The translations under genes were made by a program, and so were the position numbers. This document shows, piece by piece, positions 1 through 13,324 of a stretch of DNA of 64,000 bases. Source of the DNA: Octopus vulgaris (Eukaryota); contig OX597814.1 in the NCBI GenBank assembly GCA_951406725.2, positions 161,510,001 to 161,574,000 on the forward strand, in the 5' to 3' direction. How positions within the stretch are numbered: the first letter of the stretch is position 1; every line of letters begins with the position of its first letter. The notes beneath the pieces are model-generated. The model did no database searches. It saw only the letters and a list, made by a program, of their open reading frames with translations, and was not told the DNA's origin.

Positions 1-149
1 TAATCAGCACATAAAAAGCTTATCCAAGCAAAGAGACCTACATAAATAACTCTGTTGAAATGAACATTTATTGACTTGATATAAAATTGTTATGCTAAAG
101 AATCAGAAGGAAATCAGAAGCATGAAAAATAAGTGATGGATTGAACGCA

Positions 150-1625
150 GCTGTGATCTTCAGAAAGCACACCACAAAGAGGATATTAAGGAACTTTACT
201 CCGTTACAAATTAAGTTTATGGTCGTTGCTCAATTTCCTGTGCATCCAAAGATTCAAACAAGATCCTCTAACAGTGACAAAAATATTTTAGTGATCTGCT
301 AAATTACGCATCAATATCTTTTTTCAAAACACATTTGGCAAATCTCAGTAAAGCATTATGTTGACAATCTCCTGCTTTTAGTGAAATAAGAGAGGCTGTG
401 CACAAACTAAAAAAATAGAAAAACTCACGGCATTGATGGTATTGTAACAGAAATGCTCAAATTAAAGGAACATAGGGATGCTGGATCTTCTTCCCAATCT
501 AATATATAATCAGTAGAAAAATGATACATGGTTGGAGAGATGCACTATTGACGGTATTGTACAGAGGAAAAAGCATCAAAAATATATGGAATAATTCTTG
601 AAGTATTTCTCTCTCAATGGTGTACACAAAATATTGGTTTCAAAGTTTGACACAAGGCCAGAAATTTCAGTAGAGTGGGTAGTTGATTACATCAACTCAA
701 GTGTTCAATTGGTTCTTATTTTATCAACCCCAAAAGGACAAAAGGCAAAGTCAACCTTGGTAGAATTCGAACTCAGAACATGAAGATGGACAAAATGACG
801 CAAAGCATTTTGCCTGACTTGCTAATGATTCTACTAGTTCACTGCTTATGTGTACACCTAATATTGAGCAGAATTATTGTTGATAGGATTACTTAATACA
901 TTGAAACATTTCTTTGTTTTGAGTCTTAATCAGGTTTTGCATTAAACAAGGAACCGATGACATAAAATTTTCCACTTGTCAACAGCAACTGAAATGCATT
1001 GAACAGACTTGACCTTCACCATTGCATTATTCAATTCATGAAGGTCTTTGATCCAGTAAATTGTGATGTGTTATTGCCAATTCTGAGAAAGTTGATTGTG
1101 ATAAATTTACAAATATTATCACATCTTTATGATAATATGAGAACATATATTGTATTTGGTGGAGAACTCCCAAATCCATTTTCAATTAGAGGTGGTGTAA
1201 TACAAGGTGGTATAACAACTCCTACTCTGTTTATCATGTGTTTCACAATTGTATGGTTTCAAAGACTTTCAGACTGTTTTGAAGGTATTTATATGTGCTG
1301 CTACACAACTGGTTAGTTATTCAACTATAAACGGCTTAAATGAAGTCACACACTTCTGTGTCGCTGATAAGAAACCTCTTGTATGTTGATGACTGAGACT
1401 TAGTTACACAATGAAAATGATCTTCAAACTCTTATGGATAAAATTTCATTGATGTAACATGTTTTGGTCTCTCAATAAATCTTGGTAAAACAGTTATTCT
1501 TGAGAGTCCTGCCATGGAAATACTCACAGGGATCCACGAATGGATCCCTCTGAAAGTTATATCTTCTGTCAAATATTTTAGAGGATATGAAAATCACAAT
1601 ACAAAATCTTGATGAAGAAATTGCA
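150..1625 (+). mobile_element. Highly degenerate RTE (BovB-like) LINE ORF2 remnant (RT region), interrupted by a SINE
   Basis: Broken frames give RT-like motifs: KTHGIDG, MKVFDPVN (KAFDTV-like), FSIRGGVIQGGITTPTLF (GVxQG..L.P.LF), LFNYKRL and LLYVDD. Many stops and frameshifts; boundaries approximate. Confidence 0.7.
628..849 (-). mobile_element. tRNA-derived SINE with Meta-like central domain (family A), inserted into the RTE remnant
   Basis: Reverse strand has B-box-like GAGTTCGAATTC followed by GGTTGACTTTGCCTTT...GGGGTTGATAAAATAAG. Flanked by direct repeat gtgtacac at 620-627 and 850-857 (TSD). Confidence 0.8.
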
Positions 1626-2123
1626 ATTAGAATCCTGCTATTGCATATTCACGGAATGCTCCTGTCACCATGTTACTACTTTTTTTTAGTATCACTATGG
1701 GCTCAATAATTTTGTCAAAAGATTCCATAATTGTTGGAACTTACATAAAACCCCAGGTCCCACAAAGTTTATTAAATCATTAAATAGATTTCAAAGAAAA
1801 GGAAACTCTTACTAGATTATCTCAAGAATTAGATATAAAGATTTTGGTAGTCTTTATTTTTAAACATAGCCTTAAGCATAGGTGTAGTAATTAACATCCT
1901 TATAAAAAGTAAAATGCAAAGGCAACAATGCATATGCCTATATATATATATACACACATATATATATATATATATACACATATATATATATATACATACG
2001 CACACACACACACATATATATATCCCTTGTCATTAAGATAGTGCTTTCTGTGGCTATTGAGTTGTTTTGACTCTTATTTCTAGCAATACTCATGTTGATC
2101 AGTGCCCGTCGTCACTTTAGTGA

Positions 2124-2170
<47 letters not shown>

Positions 2171-2293
2171 CTCATATTAAACACTCTTATTGGGAGTTCA
2201 AACTTAGCTATGTGGCTACATAATGTTTAATGTAAAACTATACGTGTACAAACTTGCAACCATAGGCACAATCTTGCCCACTTGCCCTTTAAA

Positions 2294-2506
2294 GGTGGTG
2301 AGCTGGCAGAAATTGTTAGCACACCAGGCAAAATACTTAGTGGCATTTCTTCCAGCTTTATGTTTTGAGTTCAAATTCCACCAAGGCCCATTTTGCATCT
2401 CATCCTTTTGGGGTTAATAAAATAAGTACCAGTTGAACAATGGGGTTGATGTAATTGACTTGTACCCTCCCCACAAGTTTCAGGCCTTGAGCCTATTGAA
2501 GAAAGA
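2294..2506 (+). mobile_element. tRNA-derived SINE, family A
   Basis: GGTGGTGAGCTGGCAGAA head, GAGTTCAAATTCC B-box, CATCCTTTTGGGGTTAATAAAATAAGTACCAGTT core; homologous to other copies in the window. Confidence 0.8.
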
Positions 2507-2582
2507 AACGCTAAACAAAGTTGTAAAGTGGGATCTTTACTCTTTGAACAGCAGATCGAGAAATTAAACATACATGCATACA

Positions 2583-2619
<37 letters not shown>

Positions 2620-2624
<5 letters not shown>

Positions 2625-3100
2625 GTCTTTTGGAAAAAGCTCAAGGGGCTATTACCACCGCTGGCAACAAACAAGTTTTCTCTAAGAGTGAAGGGCAAAT
2701 TGTTTGAATGTGATGTTGCATGATGGAGAAATATGGGCCTTGAATGCAGAAGATTTATGAAGACTAGAAAGAAATGGAAGAAGCATTGATGTGTAATTTT
2801 AGTGTGCATGAATGATAAAGCACAAATGAGCTGAAAGAAAAACTGAACACAAGAGAAATTCTTGTGTGGTGTGCAAGAGAATAAACCCTATTTGTATAGG
2901 CATATGATGCATATGAATGAAGACACTATATAAAGAAGTGATGCATGTTCAAAGTAACTGGAACTTGTAGAAGAGAGAGAATGAGGAAGATTTGGGACAA
3001 AGTGATTATGAAAAATCTGAAGTTAATGTCTCTTCTGAATGAGATAACATTGATTGGCAACACTCTATGTGAGAAAGGATTCATTCACCTGTTCAAGAAT
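2620..3100 (+). mobile_element. Degenerate RTE LINE 3' ORF fragment
   Basis: Resembles the C-terminus of the RTE at 9045-9938 (LPPLATNKFSLRVKG; GTCRRERMRKIWDKVI versus GTCGRGRPRKTWDEVV). Confidence 0.6.
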
Positions 3101-3168
3101 GATGGAACAGCTGTTAAAATTTGCATATATGTATGCACATGAAAATATGTGCATGTATTTAAATGTTT

Positions 3169-3685
3169 TTGCTAATATTGATGTCGCAGGCCTTCATGTT
3201 CCTTTTGCAAACATCCTTATATCATAAGAATGGTCTTCCCACAGACCTAGTACTCCTAGCAAGCTCTCTGTAGAGTATGTCCTTGGAGATTCTGCCATCT
3301 TCCATACGACTAACATATCCAAGCCATCTCATATGTCTTTGTGTGAGGAGTGCAAACATGCGACACCAATATTAGCAACTGGGAAGCAGTTGCCAGCAAC
3401 TGTGGAGATTGGCGACATACTGTAAAAAAAGGGAACACAAAGGAGTGACAGAGGGAGAGAGGAGAAATGGAAAGACATGAAAAGACATCAACAAGAAACT
3501 ATGACATTACAACCAGCCAGGCAAAGTCTTCGCTACATTTGCGGCACCTGCCAGAGGGAGTTTTTGTCCAGGATAAGACTACACAGCCACAGCAGGAGAT
3601 GTATTAGGGCATGAAATGTAAAAGCTGGACTAGATTATTTTATGCGCAACTCCATTGTCTCCTGAGACAAAAAGTATGCCAACAA
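3169..3685 (+). mobile_element. RTE-BovB-like LINE 3' end with an inverted 5' segment, flanked by a 13-bp TSD
   Basis: 3169-3360 on the minus strand encodes MFALLTQRHMRWLGYVSRMEDGRISKDILY...KDVCKRNMKACD. 3361-3685 on the plus strand continues DTNISNWE...YICGTCQREFLSRIRLHSHSRRC (C2H2-like). TSD tatttaaatgttt at 3156-3168 and 3686-3698. Confidence 0.8.
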
Positions 3686-3804
3686 TATTTAAATGTTTAT
3701 ACCCTCAGGTATAAGTACATAAGAACATGTGCCCTCATACATACTTTTATGTAAAGGCTCTCAATCGTCTAACACACAGATCACTCACTCCTCTTCTAAC
3801 GTAC

Positions 3805-4335
3805 ATCTTCATCATTTAACATCCACATTCCATGATTGTATGGGTTTGATGATTTGATAGGATCTGATAGTACAAGGGCTGTATCACACTACATTGTCTG
3901 TTTTAGTTTCTATGACCTTCCTAATGTAACTGCTTTACAGCATGCACTGGGTATTTTTTTCATGCCATCAGCACTAGTGAGGCCACCAAACAGTGTGTAA
4001 GACTATGAAAATCCTGAGGAGAAACCTTTATGCAACAAAATGGGGAGGGGCAGGGGAAAGGTAGTAAACTTATGAAAGAAGTGGACCAGAGCAAAACAGA
4101 TTTCTTGCGGTAGAGAAGCTACATAACTATTCACATTTTAGAAGAAAGGGTAGAAAGTGATTCAGAGGATCTGGAAAGCAATAAAAAGATAATAAGGTTC
4201 GTCTTGGCAGTACAAGTTGGGCAGAGGGACCAGGAGTGAGAAGGAAACAGAAGATGACTGACAGTGCAAAGCAGCAGAATAGTAATGATGGAACAATAGA
4301 CAAGAGAAGAATGAGAAAGGGACCCTCTTTTATCA
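3805..4335 (-). mobile_element. Non-autonomous element carrying an RTE-type 3' tail and a pyrimidine-rich body
   Basis: Starts with catcatttaacatcc (reverse of the RTE tail) and shares cagcactagtgagg and ttcttgc.gtagag blocks with 19980-20650 and 57643-58560. Confidence 0.55.
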
Positions 4336-5929
4336 TTTATCTGTTATCACTCATGCCACTGTCACCCATCAGTCTATCACCTCCGATTTGACCACTCATG
4401 CCACTACTGCACTTCCCTAGATTACTCTCTCTGCTTTTCACTGTGTACAGTGCTGCTGATGTCATTAAGGAAGGCAGAGGATCACTTTGGCTCACTGTAC
4501 ATCGCTTCAGAGATGCTATGGTACCTATTTGTCCCTCTCTCCAACATTTTTCATTTCCTTCTTCATCACTATCACTCTAGCTCTCTCACCATCTTGATAT
4601 ACAACTTAAGGGGCCTCTTCAGACTTACATGTATATCATGCACTCCTTCCTCTTCCTCAACACATTACTGGCCATTTGAAGAGAACATCCACGATTCACT
4701 TTCACTATATATTTACTTCTTGCTATCCATCACTATTTCACCAATATTCTCTCTTGAGCTATTGCTGCAATAAAATGCAACTAGTTCACTGAGCTAAGTC
4801 TAAGGTTGTGAAATATCTTCAGTCTTGTGGAAGTTATAGTAACCACTAGAGTGGTTGTTATGTTTAGGTTGCCACAAAAGAAGAAAAAAAAAGGAAAACA
4901 AGAAACCCACTCAACATGCTCTGTAAGGTGGGCATTAAAAAGCGTTTCCAACCATAGAAACTAAATCAAAAATGTAAATTAAGAGCAAGATGTGGCCCTC
5001 GATCCATTTAGAAAAACAGAAATGATCTGTCCAAGCAATGCAAGCATGGAAAGTGGATATAAAATGACTATGATAATGATGTTAATATACAGAATTTGTT
5101 CTCCATGAAAATGTGTCTCTCTAACACACACACACACAATATGGTTGATAAATTCGCACTGGTGTGTAATGTAAATGCAATTAAGCAAAAGTAATCAATG
5201 CTATGAAGAAGAGTGGAATAATATTCATATAATATTTATCGAAAGCTGAGTCTGTGCAAGTTGCCATTCAGAGTTTCTTGTTGATCCTCAAGTAACAGAT
5301 CTTTTCGTGTTTGAAGCTTTCTTCTGTACACATTGATTGGCTCTGTTCAGTTCACACTGAACAGATTCAATCAATGGGTATCTAACATTTTATACACAAG
5401 TATAGAAATTTATAAAAATTAATCTATAAAAATTTATGAAAAATTTTTATAAAACAACATCTGAGGATAAGGTGATCTTTGATCGAAAAGTTTTTGTAAT
5501 AAATTTGTTTGAAAAATATCTATGAAGAATTCTTTGAAAGAACCGAACAGTGAACTTATGAATGCAAACATACATGAAATCTAGTAACTGGGGAATAGAG
5601 ACTTATTTAAAGAATATACAATAAATTAATTTTAATTCTGTGTGTGTTTGTATTAGGAATATAAATTTCACATTGTCTGTGTTGTTTCTCTCATTAGCAA
5701 CATGGTCTTTGTAAAGGGATTTGAGTAATGTCAGAAATAGGTCAACTGTAGATCTTCCCATAGCCTGTATTGTTTTGTGTGTGCATGCATACTGTTAGTA
5801 TATGCTGATGCACATATGAATACATATATGTATGTGCATTGTGTACATACACATACATGTTTGTACTTGTGTCTCTGCACATATTTACATATGTATACAC
5901 ACACTTATATTTACATACTGGTACACATA

Positions 5930-6280
<351 letters not shown>

Positions 6281-7153
6281 TACCACTTCCAGATAATTTA
6301 TATTTGGACACAAGAATTTTCATAGCCCATATGCATACACATGTGTGCAGATAACTGCATGTAAATGTATATATGAACATATAAGTATGTATGTAGACAT
6401 ACGTCTGTGCATGCAGAGTAGATATAAAGAAATATAACATATAAAATGTAAACAACTAAAAAAAAAATCTAATAATACAAAATATAGCGATTCAAATATA
6501 TGGATGCTCACAATAAACAAATGCAAATACAGAGCAAATAAACTGATAAATGTGTATAAAACCATTTAAGTGCTTAATTACTATATTCATGTATAGGGAA
6601 TATATAACCAACATATGTATAAAGAATACATAGAAATTATATATGTATGAAGAATACATAAAAATTAAGCACCAAGCAATGAATGTATAGAATAATTAAT
6701 TAGCAAACATTTAAGAATTGGTTACTATCAGTCAAAATTTGAACTGAATGTTTAAACAGCAAAGGTTATCATTATAGACATTACAAAAATTATGAAGTTA
6801 AAAATTTATGTAAGAATTGAATGAGCTTCATAAAAATGCATACATATGTAAATAAATAAATGAAACAATATATAAAAATGAATAACAAATATTGGAGGTA
6901 TAAATTAGCATAATGATCGATACACTATGATAGCCTTGTAAATAATGACTAAAGTCTATGGGGTTGTGAGAACAGGGGTCTGGAAATATAGGGATATGTA
7001 AGTATGGAGGGCAAGCATATGTGTTGTAAAAATTTGGGTTTGTAATGTATAATATAGGATGCTGGCTGTGGGTATTATAACATACTAAGGAATGTGATAA
7101 GGAAGCTAGAGGATATGAGCTGTAGATATTAAAACAATATATATATGTAATCA

Positions 7154-10100
7154 AGATAAGGTAATCGAGGTAGTCAGAGTATGTGACAGAATACTGAAGA
7201 TTAGATTAGTGCTCCATCATAGTTTAGCGACTATTATATCGGCCTATGCCCCTCAGCCAGGGCTACCCGATGGACAGAAAGACCGTTTCTATGACACCCT
7301 ACTGCAGACCACCTCATTGACGAACGACAGGGACCTTCTCTTTGTGGCTGGTGACTTCAATGGGCATGTTGGACGATATGCTGGGGGCTTCCATGGCGTA
7401 TATGGAGGCTACGGTTATGGTTCCCACAACCAGGAGGGAACCAGGCTGCTGGAGTTCTGTGATGCGAATAGTCTTATGGTTTGCAACACTAACTTCAGGA
7501 AACCGACAAGCCACTTGGTCACCTACCGATTGGGCCGGCATACTAGCCAAATCGACTACATCCTTGCCAGAAAAAGGGAAAGATGGCTGCTTATAAATGC
7601 CAAAACCTTCCCAGGCAAAGAATGTACCCCACAACATAGACTGGTAGTTAGTGACTTTAGGATCAGGACTAAGAGGACGACTAGAAGACGACCAGCATGG
7701 AGAAGAAGGGTCTGGAAGCTTAAAGACCCTGCAAATGGACAGAGATTTAGAGACATGTTACTTGAAGCCTTTGACGAAATAGAAGGGGGTATAGCTACAC
7801 ATGGGGTAGAAGATAACTGGACGCTTCTAAGGGACAACCTGCTGAAAGCCACTGACCAGATCTGTGGCTGGTGCAAAGTCCCCTCAAGACCCAAAATAAC
7901 GTGGTGGTGGAACAATATTGTTGACAGGGCTATTAGACAAAAGAAACAGGCTTGGAAGGACTGGAAGAACGGTGGTATCAGACTGCCAGAAGGGAAGCTA
8001 GGAGGCAGGTGTATTTAGCCAGAGGGGAAGCAGATAAGAAAAAATTTGCCGATGTTCTGCGCCGTGAGGATGAAAGACTTGAGGTATTTCGTGTTGCAAG
8101 ACAGTGTGTGAGAGAGAATTGTGACGTGGTAGGAGAGAAATGTGTTCGCAAGGATGACGGTTCACTTGCGCTAAATGAGGATGCAAAGAGAGAGGTTTGG
8201 AGATGCCACTATGAAAGGCTGCTGAATGAGGAAAATGAATGGGATAAAGAGAGTCTGCCGAATGTCGACCCAACAGAGGGACCAGCAATCCGAGTTGACA
8301 GTTCCTTAGTAGTTAAGACAATTACAAGCATGAAAACAGGGAAAGCCCCTGGCCCATCAGTAATTACTGCAGAGATGCTCAAAATATCTGGTAGTGTTGG
8401 CTATAGCCTAGTCACCCGTATAGTTAACCAGGTGATACACGAAGGAGTCATACCCAATTACTGGTGTCGCAGCATAATAGTCAACTGCTACAAAGGTAAA
8501 GGTGACGCTCTAGATACAAAGGGGTATCAAGCTGCTGGATCAGGTAATGAAGGTCACGGAGAGGGTTATAGCCCAACTAATTAAAGAGAAAGTTAGCTTA
8601 GATGAAATGCAGTTTGGGTTCGTGCCAGGGAAAAGTACTACTGATGCTATATTCCTGGTAAGACAGCTGCAGGAGAAATACCTAGCCAAAGATAAGCCCC
8701 TGTACCTGGCTTTTGTTGATATGGAGAAAGCCTTCGACAGGGTCCCCCGATCCCTTATCTGGTGGTCAATGAGAAAACTAGGGATAGATGAATGGTTAGT
8801 GAGAGCTGTGTGAGCCATGTACAGAGACGCTGCTAGTAAGGTGAGGGTTGGCAACGAGTACAGTGAAGAATTCCGGGTAGAGGTTGGGGTCCACCAAGGT
8901 TCAGTCCTCAGTCCCTTCCTATTTATCATAGTCCTCCAGGCAATAATGGAGGAATTCATGACAGGATGCCCCTGGGAGCTCCTCTATGCTGATGACCTTG
9001 CTCTAATTGCTGAGTCACTATCAGAACTGGAGGAGAAGTTTTAGGTGTGGAAGCAAGGTTTAGAATCGAAGGGCCTTAGAATCAACCTAGCCAAAACCAA
9101 AGTCCTAATAAGTAGGAAGGTAGACCAATCACAAACGCCTTCAGGTAGATGGCCCTGCTCGATCTGTAAAAAAGGCGTAGGTAGAAACTCTATAAGGTGC
9201 ACCAAGTGTAAGCTATGGACACATAAGAGGTGTAGCAATATCAAAGGAAGGCTAATTAGGAAAATAGTTTTTATCTGTGGCAGATGCTCAGGAGCAATAA
9301 ACACTGAAAATGCTCTGAGACCAACTTCTACCATGTTCCAGGGAGAGAAACTAGAAGTAGTTGATAGCTTCCACTACCTAGGTGACCAAGTCAGTTGCGG
9401 GGGTGTGTGTGCTGAAAGTGTAACTGCTAGAGTAAGAATAGCCTGGGCAAAGTTTAGAGAGCTCTTACCCCTGCTGGTGACAAAAGGCCTCTCGCTCAGA
9501 GTAAAAGGCAGACTGTATAATGCATGTGTACGTACAGCCATGCTTCGTGGTAGTGAAACATGGGCTGTGACTGCTGAGGATATGCGTAAGCTCGCAAGAA
9601 ATGAAGCCAGTATGCTCCGTTGGATGTGTAATGTCAGTGTTCATAATCAACAGAGTGTAAGTACTTTGAGAGAAAAATTGGACCTAAGAAGCATCAGTTG
9701 TGGTGTGCAAGAGAGATGTTTGCGCTGGTATGGTCATGTGACAAGAATGGCTGAAGATAGTTGTGTGCGAAAGTGCCACACCCTAGCAGTTGAGGGAACC
9801 TGTGGAAGAGGTAGACCCAGGAAAACCTGGGACGAGGTGGTGAAGCACGACCTTCGAACTTTAGTTCTCACCAAGGAAATGACTAGAGACCGAGACCTAA
9901 GGAAGTATGCTGTGCGTGAGAAGACCCGGCAAGACTAGTGAGAACATAACCTGTGGCCTACATACCTTTCCTTCTTGGGACACAAAACTCCACTTGTGAA
10001 GACCCGTTGAAGCAAATCAAAATCAAAATCAAAATCAAAATCAAACCAAATCAAATCAGATATCAGAAAGCAGAACCAAAATCGAAGTTGATCAACATCA

Positions 10101-10648
10101 ATGGAAATTGCAGCTGTGGTACCAGTGCCGGTGACAAGTAAGCGAACCATCCGATCGTGGCCATTGCCAACGCCGCCCTGATTAGCCTTTGTGCCGGTGG
10201 CACGTAAAAGCACCATCCGTTCATGTCCGTTTCCAGCCTCGCCTGGCCCCCGTGCCGGTGGCACGTAGCACCATCCATTCGTGGCCGGTGGCATGTAGCA
10301 CCATCCGTTCGTGGCCGTTGCCAGCCTCACCTGGCCCCTGTGCCGGTGGCATGTAAAAGCACCATCCGTTCATGGCCGTTTTCCAGCTCTGTCTGGCACC
10401 TGTGCGGGTGGCACGTAAAAAGCACCATCCGTTCGTGGCCGTTTGCCAGCTCTGTCTGGCACCTGTGCGGGTGGCACGTAAAAAGCACCCACTACACTCA
10501 CGGAGTGGTTGGCGTTAGGAAGGGCATCCAGCCGTAGAAACACTGCCAGATCAGACTGGGCCTGATGCAGCCTTCTGGCTTCACAGACCCCAGTTGAACC
10601 GTCCAACCCATGCTAGCATGGAAAGCGGACGCTAAATGATGATGATGA

Positions 10649-10652
<4 letters not shown>
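7154..10652 (+). mobile_element. RTE-clade LINE, 5'-truncated and disrupted (APE endonuclease + RT + PHD-like finger), with 3'UTR and (GAT)n tail
   Basis: EN motifs SAYAPQ, VAGDFNGHVG and SQIDYIL. RT motifs QFGFVPGKSTTDAIF, AFVDMEKAFDRV, GVHQGSVLSP, LLYADD and FHYLG. Frameshifts near 7975 and 8520, in-frame stops at 8811-8813 and 9042-9044, ORF stop at 9936-9938, tail gatgatgatg. Confidence 0.95.
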
Positions 10653-10687
<35 letters not shown>

Positions 10688-10731
10688 CTTGTTTTAACTG
10701 CAGATGCAGTATGGATATATATATATATTTA

Positions 10732-10795
<64 letters not shown>

Positions 10796-10829
10796 GGTGT
10801 GTGGTCCTGTGCATATAAAAGGAGATTAG

Positions 10830-12040
10830 TTCAGATTTTCAAAAAACTCAGGGTGTGTGACTAAAATGGAGCATTATGGCCAACTCTTCTGTACATAAGT
10901 TCCTATTCTGATCATATACTTGAGCATGGTCTATGATTCTCCAATTGATATCATACTTAAGTGGTCTGTAAGTTTTTAAGTGGCCATGTGTACTGTCTTC
11001 TCTTCAGATGATGTTTTTGAAGGAGTATGCAATAGAATCAAGATTTGAAAGTATTCTTGGTGAAAGTTATTTATAGTTTAAGTGTGTAGTTAAGCCATCT
11101 CCCTGGTACACTATAATCCTTCAGAACATTGACCATAGAAAGGGTAATTTCATGAGATTAATGCAAAATGCATACCACTACAGGGTTTGGGCTTTTGGTG
11201 ATGATATTCATATACAAGGCAAAGTTAGCTGCACAACTATAGCTTATTTTCACATTGTTTCTGTTAAATATTGTATGGCATATATGATTGTTATATCAAA
11301 GAAAAAAAACATCTGCAATTTATCTTGGCATTGAGACTGAAGACAGTCTGAATCACAATATTTTGCATTTACTTTGTTTACAGGAATTTGGGTCAATTGT
11401 AGTTTTATATATTAAATTTGGTGAAAGGGTCACATTTAAGGATATACTTAACAAGCATAGCTGATATTCTTAACTACATATTTAATGATATTGGATGAGT
11501 GATTAGAACTTTCATTAATGTATGATAGCCTTTTATTGTGTTTTCTAAAGGGATGGTAGCTGTTACAATTTAGGATTAGTGTCATGTCAAGAAGAATCCT
11601 ATGCTTAGATTTGTGCTTGTAGTGATTTTTAGATAAATTTCTGTGAAAAGGGTTGATGAGGTTTTCCTTAAAATTGTCCAACTTACGACTGTTCATATTT
11701 TATACTACGAGCCAACCATCATAATATATGCTACATTGAAGGGTACTGAATTTTGCGTGTGATAAATGCAATATGTACAGGCCTATGATCTCATAAATCT
11801 CAGCTGAATCTTTGCAATCCTATGGCCAATTGAAAGATGTGTTGTCATCTTTTTTTCATAGAAATGACTTTGTCAAAGGAAAATAATGCTTGTCCAATGT
11901 GCACTGTGATATTTATATTGTAAAGCTGAGCAGATATTGGTAGCTAGAACTTTCATATATTAAATTGTGTAAATTTATAAAGTTACTAGCTGCTAATGCT
12001 AGAAGGTCATTTAATTAGAAATCATTTAAGCTAAAGATGT
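10830..12040 (-). mobile_element. Degenerate Penelope-like element (RT + GIY-YIG endonuclease C-terminus)
   Basis: Minus-strand fragments DSAEIYEIIGLYIL, LLDMTLILNCNSYHPFRKHNKRLSYINESSNHSSNIIK and KYDINWRIIDHAQVY...NLCTEE match PLE RT and GIY-YIG motifs as I recall them. Confidence 0.75.
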
Positions 12041-12465
12041 TGTTCTATAAAAATTCTCATGAATTTTTTTTTTATCAATTTTTATAAATTTATACTCATT
12101 CAAATGCACAAGTGTGGAATAAATAATTCTCACCAAAAAGTTCTATTTCAGATAGTTTCCAGTTTTTATATCATTTAAATTGTAACCATAATAAAGTTCT
12201 CTCTTTGTTCACAGAAGGAAGATGGATGGTCACTCTTTGATGAATGGCCAACCATCCCTGAAGCATTTCAGTATAATCTCCTTATTTTTCTATGAGAGGA
12301 AATTAACAAGATATAGTTATATTTCCTTTATAAAGCACAGGCTTTATAAACTGTAGGCTAACTAATAAATGCTATTTGTATATAATATATTTTTATGTAC
12401 ATACACACACAAACACATATATGCACACATTCACTCACACACACACACACACACACACATTTCAC

Positions 12466-12763
12466 AAGTCTCAACATGGCACTCCGTTGGTTATGTGAAA
12501 TTAATGTAGTTCTTGGGGAAATTCAGTGTGATACAGAGTGTGACAAGGCTGGCCCTTTGAAATACAGGTACAACAGAAACAGGAAGAAAGAGTGAGCGAA
12601 AGTTGTGGTGAAAGAATACAGCAAGGTTTGCCACCACCCCCTGCTGGAGCCTCATGGAGCTTTAGGTGTTCTCGCTCAATAAACACTCACAACGCCCTGT
12701 CTGGGAATCAAAACCATGATCCTATGACTGCAAGTTCGCTGCACTAAGCTATTGTGCCTCCAC
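12466..12763 (-). mobile_element. tRNA-derived SINE
   Basis: Reverse strand begins GTGGAGGCACAATAGCTTAGTG and has the B-box-like GGTTTTGATTCCC. Confidence 0.65.
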
Positions 12764-12944
12764 ATCACTAATCTAAGTCTGTTGTAAACATACTAACAGG
12801 GAGGTAGCATTAAATATTAGTAAAGAGGGGACAATTATATTTTCTCAAACAATGATAAAATTAAAAATGAGTGAGGTATAATTATTTTAAGCATTATAAA
12901 CATTTTATCAAATGAAATATATGCAGTAAAATAAGAGTTTCTAA

Positions 12945-13150
12945 TATATGCACACACCTGGTAATTTTGAGGGAAGGGAGTGTTAGATGATGAAATTGGT
13001 CCCAGTACTTGACAGTACATGACAGGTACTTTATTCTATCAACCTTGGAGGGTTCAGGCTGAGGTTGAATCTAGAATGTAAAGAGTCAGAAGAAATATCA
13101 CAAAGTGTTTTGTCTAATGCTCTAATGATTTTGTCAATCCACTGCCCTAT
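12945..13150 (-). mobile_element. tRNA-derived SINE, family A (diverged)
   Basis: Similar to 628-849: ggtactttattctatcaacc...gttttgtctaatgctctaatgatt. Confidence 0.6.
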
Positions 13151-13324
13151 GCAGTTGATTAATACAGACATACAAATAATACTTTAGTGATTTATGGTTA
13201 TTACAAATTATTTAAAGGGAAAGTAAACTGCATAGGTGGGTTATTACAAAAACCATATTTCTAAAATATTTGTGTATTTAAAGTAGTTAGAAGAAAATAA
13301 ATTTAAATCACAAAATTAAATATA

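Noticed and set aside
5290-5381. Possible minus-strand terminal exon (YPLIESVQCELNRANQ...)
   Set aside because: It does not resemble the expected next inversin segment, and the acceptor is weak.
5460-5500. CTGAGGA...GATC-TTT-GATC-GAAA hammerhead-like string (also a similar trace near 29850-29890)
   Set aside because: I could not form convincing helices I and III; too degenerate to call.
7209-9938. Intact, active RTE ORF2
   Set aside because: It is 5'-truncated with two frameshifts and two in-frame stops.
12215-12295. Plus-strand acceptor followed by a short open frame (KEDGWSLFDEWPTIPEAF...)
   Set aside because: It has no partner exons or recognisable homology and is compatible with chance.
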